Source: Tubiluchus corallicola
Lineage: Eukaryota; Animalia; Priapulida
Direction: 5' to 3'
NCBI GenBank assembly: GCA_030141605.1
Contig: JAQGDQ010002376.1
Coordinates: 230,422 to 294,421, forward strand
DNA length: 64,000 nucleotides
Shown here one piece after another: positions 62,002-64,000 of the stretch (position 1 is the first letter of the stretch; every line of letters starts with the position of its first letter). The translations under genes were made by a program, and so were the position numbers. The notes beneath the pieces are model-generated. The model did no database searches, had not been told where the DNA came from, and was given only the letters and a program-made list of their open reading frames with translations.

Positions 62002-62144
62002 CGCCGGCATGCCTTTGCCCGGCGTGCTGCTGCAATCTGTGCAAGCTTTGAGCAGATGAGACGGTGCCGGTTGAGATTGACAATGTTCTCTCCGATGCCT
62101 GGAATATCTGAAAGATCCTTCACGCTGACGAAACCACCTCGTAT
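62002..62144 (-). CDS. Exon encoding the second motif of a ComEA-type (HhH)2 DNA-binding domain
   Basis: TTTTGTATAG|ATA...CG|GTGAGT, phase 0/2; IRGGFVSVKDLSDIPGIGENIVNLNRHRLICSKLAQIAAARRAKACRR; in frame with the 61376 exon. Not in the supplied ORF track. Confidence 0.75.
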
Positions 62145-64000
62145 CTATACAAAATAATGCAATTATTAAACATTAGTTGAAAGCCATGAAAACTGGCCAC
62201 TCTGTAACACATATTACATAATTATACATGTAGTTTGTATCGCACTGTTGTTGTGTGTGTACCTAGAAGCCACCATCCAGCGCTCAATGCAGGGGCCAGT
62301 TTTTATGTTAATAACTGTGGTGGGAGGAGAACCTTTATATATATATATATATAGGCAAGCAACAATGAAATAAATAATCAGAAGCAGTATGGCACATGAA
62401 AATTCCCAGAATTTATTTTCTTGACAGTTACCCATTCATTTGCTAACCAAACCTAGCACTGTTCAACTTTGGTTACTAACCACATACCATGACCACTCAA
62501 CTATTCAGTTCACTTTTTAACAGAACTAAGCAAAGCGAGATATACTGCAGTGAAATGTATCTCACAGCATAAATTATTTAAAAATAATAGATTGTAATCC
62601 GTTTCAAATCTCCTTTCCCACAAGGAAGAAGGAACTATATGACCTCTTCAGTGCTGAGTAATGACAGCATGTGAACTTACAAAAGAGGAAGTTACTTAGA
62701 ACAGTTTCCTTACAAAATTAACCGTAACAGCACATAATAAATAAACAACTAAATGAACACGAAGGAATGATTAGATGAGTAAGGAAATCAATAAAAACGA
62801 ATGAATCAGTGAATAAATGCCTGTATGAAGAATGTATACAGGAAGAACACACAAATGAATGAAATAATGATCAAAAGTAGATTAATAAGTTAAATAAAAA
62901 GTAAATGGCAAAAGGGAAAAGTAAAAGAAGAAATCTGCAAAGAATAAGTAAAATGTATTCAACAAACAATTTGCCATTTCAAGAATAAAGGTACGTTCAC
63001 ACAAATAAATGATCTCAAAAGAGACATTAAACTAATCTATTCTATGTTACGCAGCTTATGTACTGAACAACTGTAACAGCTTATGCACTGAATCAAGTTC
63101 TTTAGACTAAACCATGTATTAAATCTCCTGGCTTTATCTCCTCTGCCATAATAAATGGTCACTGCCGAACGAATGGACAGGTGTTCCCTTAATCAAAAAA
63201 TACACTAAAATGAGCATTTAATCACTCCAGTACGAACCTGCAGCATGACTAGCGTCACACATTTCTGCCTCTAGAAATCAAAAACTCCAAATAATCACAG
63301 CCATTTTGATGAGTGAGTATCACATTTCAGGGAATCTAACATATGTATATTTATAAGAAATCTAGCTTTGCGCAACACTAGAGCTAACACCATAGACATT
63401 GTTACTGTACTTTCAGGGCTGGATTTTAAACAGTTTTCTTATAGGTCAGAGCTACTAGGGATAAAAATGAACTAATAGAAAGTACTCAGGGTACACTAGG
63501 CAACAACAAACTTATAAAAAACTAATAAAACTTCAGAATATCAAGCACAGTACAGCCACACATCATAGAAAGTACTATAAGAATGTCTTCTGATAGTAAT
63601 ACTAGGTGTTCTGTGGTGCGTAACTGGTAGCACCCCGTACCTGGGGTTGTAGTGCAAGGCAGTGAAGGCACACAACGTTTCCCGGACACACACCAGCACA
63701 CAAGACAGTCAGATGTGGGTCAATAGTGGTAGCACGAACGGGTGTGATCACACAAAGCGGCTCGTCAATAACAAAGTGTCAATAGAATTAAAGCACACCA
63801 TCAACCGTGAACTGTATCATTAATTAATCATGAACTCCGTTTTTATTTTCCTAGGTATATAAGCAATTTCACTTGCAAGTCAGATTTATGATGTCATGTA
63901 AGCAAATATGTCTGATTAAAATCTAATAAATTTCCTGTATTTTTGCGACAACATACCGTTCATTAGATGACCATCATTTGAAGCTTCATTCATATTTGTG

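Noticed and set aside
63641-63800. GC-richer segment with a CAG|GTAC donor, considered as the missing first HhH exon
   Set aside because: The phase-0 frame has no HhH motif and hits an upstream stop without an ATG; at most a non-coding exon.

Overview
AT-rich, intron-rich animal (invertebrate-like) genomic DNA; no prokaryotic features and no CRISPR. Five protein-coding loci were rebuilt by hand from GT-AG splice sites and reading-frame phase: (1) the 3' part of CBP/p300 (+, 1-9484; bromodomain end to NCBD); (2) a complete 7-exon PRPS1/2 (-, 13811-21294, 318 aa); (3) an unrecognised 3-exon orphan gene (-, 23018-24969, 271 aa) that looks like a membrane-anchored or secreted long-chain four-helix cytokine; (4) PSMD1/Rpn2 (+, 36133-39144) with no coding introns; (5) FBXW7 (-, core 41335-48340) with several candidate alternative 5' exons. 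The most distal 5' exon chain (62144->59577) encodes a ComEA-type helix-hairpin-helix DNA-binding motif in phase with the F-box/WD40 core, although splicing into FBXW7 is inferred. Other elements are a solo LTR carrying heat-shock elements, a hAT/Buster MITE with a perfect 8-bp TSD, a pogo-like MITE, a foldback element, a STAT-site-rich minisatellite and microsatellites. Most short ORFs in the supplied track are spurious. No database search was run, so all homology calls are from recognition of the sequence.
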